Source: the human T2T-CHM13v2.0 reference genome, Homo sapiens
Strand: one strand, 5' to 3'
DNA length: 64,000 bases
Assembly: GCF_009914755.1 (NCBI RefSeq)
Contig: NC_060928.1
Below the pieces are notes generated by a model that was not told the origin of the DNA, made no database searches, and saw only the letters and a list, made by a program, of their open reading frames with translations. Numbering within the stretch: position 1 is the first letter of the stretch; each line of letters opens with the position of its first letter. Position numbers and translations under genes: made by a program. Below, in pieces: positions 60,501-64,000 of the stretch.

Positions 60501-60805
60501 CACATATTTAATATATATATATATACTGTATGATCTAAGTGTAAACTGAATTTATGTTTTAAGAAGTGAAAACAATTACACTGTGAATGTTAAAAAGAAT
60601 GATTAACATAACTATTAAATATTGCAAACAAAATATTGTAATTTTAGTTAGTTTTATTTATTGAGCTTTAAATTACACATTAACATTACATCTATTTACT
60701 TTTCTTCAAATTCCCAAATTGCAACAATGAGAATGCTCCCATAGTGGTGAAATTCATGAAGAAACGTTAATATTTGTGGAATATAGTTTTATTTAACTTT
60801 TCCAG

Positions 60806-61016
60806 AATAGGTTTTCTCAATCTTGATACTATTTACCATTGGAGCTGGAAAATTCTTTGTTGCAGGAGGCTATCCTATGCATTGCACGATACTTAACTCT
60901 TGGCTTCTACATACTAAATTCTAAGAACACCTACCTCAGTTGTGACAACCAAACATGCCTCTACACATTGCCAAATATCTCCTGGGGGACAAGATTTCTT
61001 CTGTGAAAAGCCACTC
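60806..61016. mobile_element. MER20 (hAT-Charlie) DNA transposon
   Basis: TTCTCAATCTTG...AATTCTTTGTTG...CAGTTGTGACAACCAAACATGCCTCTACACATTGCCAAATATCTCCTGGGGG. Confidence 0.88.
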
Positions 61017-61336
<320 letters not shown>

Positions 61337-62769
61337 TAACCTTTTCCCAGGAGTTCTTGCATATAGCCTTCCAGAAGTAAGAATACTGTTCATATTCTTT
61401 TCACTAAAGGGTTTTCTAACAATAATCTAGGCACTTTTGTTTTCTTTATCTGCATGATTTAAAAAATAATTTTTTTCTTTTATGACGTTTTTCTTCTCTT
61501 CACCATGATTTGAATACATGCCTCTAAAACACAGGAACCAATTAGTAAACATTTCTTTTTACCTGTGGCAGTTCTTACCACAGTATCTTTTCCAATTAAG
61601 AAGAAATGGTGAAATAAAGGAAGACAGAAGGTAAAAGAGAGGAAAATAAAAATGCCAGACTTATAGTGGGAGGTCTACCATTTGTGGTGACCTTATTAAC
61701 TATATAACTGTTCTAGATGTATCTCTGTACTGGCTTGGGTTTTGTTTTTTGCATAAGTAATACAAAAACAGAAAATTGCGTTTGAAAAACAAGTAATTTA
61801 TACAAATGGCCTACATTTACTATATTAAAGTATCAAATTAAACCTTTCACATTTCACCTTTTTAGTTATTGAAAAAGAGCAAATTGCATGACTCATGAGT
61901 TGGGATTCATATGAATTAAACAAAAGCAATTTGATTTTTACCTTCAAATTCTGATTTTGTAAATATATACGTAAAATAATCCCACAAAAGTGACAGATTT
62001 TCAAATATCTTGTGGAAGGAAATTTAATCCTAATGAATGAGACTCAGACACATTTCTATTTAATTATAGTTCAGAAATAAATATTGAAATCAGTGGTTAT
62101 ATTTACTTGTTACACATTATGTAAGAAATGAGAAAATGCAGCCATTTTGTTGTTTCTTTACATGTATAGATAACATAAAATAACAGATTGCTCATATTTA
62201 CAGTATTAGTGACTAAGAAATGATGAAGGCTGAAAAAAAACAAAGAATGCTCTTCCAAAAATATTCATGCAACTGTGTTAATGAATTCTGATTAACAATA
62301 TTCAAGTAACTTTATGAGCTGTAGAACGACAACTTTGACTTAGTCTGGTTCTTTGAACTGATGTGCATAGTCTTCAGAAATCAATCAATGACACTTCTGA
62401 CTTTTAACTCTGTTCTTAGATTGTGCCTTACTCAATTTTTTATATCCTCTGTAAAGTCCAAAAGGCTATAAAACATGTAGTAGTTCTTCCTCATTTGATT
62501 ACTTTTATTCTCTCTACTTCTTAACTGCAGTTAATCTTCCAAGCTTTGACAATAAAAATGGATTCTATGTAAGGATTTATTATCCAAAGTTAGGTAGTCA
62601 CTGGAGAATGCTATTCTCCCTGGTTTTAAAAATCTATCAGTCAGTGTCATACGCTACCCACCAAACTACTCAGGTGATAGTTTTAAAGGATTTTGGGGGA
62701 AGAGATTTTACAAAAATCAATAGCTCTGTTTCAAAAGTGTTGTAAAAGTTTGGAAGATACTGCTCTGTA

Positions 62770-63060
62770 TCTTTATTTTATTAAACATATTTACTTAGCA
62801 TCTACTATGTGACAGCACTATTCCATTCTGGTAAGTTGTATGAACAGAATAGAGAGACATGAAAGAGAGTGGCAATCATGAAAACATAACTTGTAATGGG
62901 CGGTCAGACAATTCATAACAAATGAAACCATAGTAGACTGAAACAGTTTATTGATAGATATCAGGCATATACCAGTTGATAGTAAGCCATTTAAATGGAA
63001 AGCAGTTAATGGAAAAAAAATCCAAGGGAGGATTGAGATTGAAACTTTAGAAATAAAAGA
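62770..63060 (-). mobile_element. L2 3' fragment
   Basis: AAACATATTTACTTAGCATCTACTATGTGACAGCACTATTC is the antisense L2 end. Confidence 0.7.
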
Positions 63061-63063
63061 AGG

Positions 63064-63406
<343 letters not shown>

Positions 63407-64000
63407 TTAAGAAAAAAACCTAAAAATCATGAAATATGTTCAATGCTACATAGAAAATTACAATTATTACTCACTGACAAAAAAAGTAAATAAAAGATAA
63501 ATCTAAATATTGCCAAAACAATATTTTAAGTACTTTTTTATGTAGTGTAACTCTTAGTAATATTTAAAGTGGCTTTTAAAATACCATAAGTTGATTCTGG
63601 AGATTATGATGAAGTATCAATAGTGAAAATGTTAGAGATTTATAGCTATGAATTTATATAATTCAATATTTAAAACTTTTAAATTTATTTTCAACATTTT
63701 TGTTTGTTTCTTTGTTGGCTGGATATATTTGCTTTCTTTAATTTTTCCCATATCTGATTCCTCATTATCTTTGAAAGTGAGAAACAGAGCATGAATCTGA
63801 AGAAGTCATACAAACGTGAGAAAGAAGTTGAGAAAGAGATTTTCCTGCGTAAGAAAATGCTGTGTTTGAAAAGTCTGTTGAAAGGTCAGTCTGAATATAA
63901 ATAGAAACTGGCAAGATGGAGTTCAAAGTGAGGCACATCAGTTAAAAGGGAACTATATGACAGAAGGGAAGGACAATGTTAAAAGATAAAGAATTAATAA

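Overview
This is AT-rich, CpG-depleted primate (human or other ape) non-coding DNA, either intergenic or deep intronic. I found no credible protein-coding exon, RNA gene or CpG island. Every recognisable ORF in the track comes from a transposable element. The window is a layered TE graveyard: nine Alus, three L1PA pieces, several older L1M elements, MaLR LTR elements (including a two-LTR MSTA-type provirus and a collapsed MST provirus, both with perfect 5-bp TSDs), a full-length decayed Hsmar2 mariner, Tigger3a/Tigger4a/MER20 and L2/MIR relics. Subfamily names are from recalled consensus features, not a RepeatMasker run. I see no evidence for a new biological system. The strongest unexplained structure is a complex fold-back locus at 54.6-55.3 kb: 96-bp inverted arms at about 96% identity, a perfect 17-bp hairpin and a 35-bp iteratively templated insert, which looks like a template-switching repair scar. 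Also notable are a perfect CTCF core motif at 8560, a twin-primed inverted L1MA hit twice at nearly the same site, and a local templated duplication near 49.7/50.3 kb.
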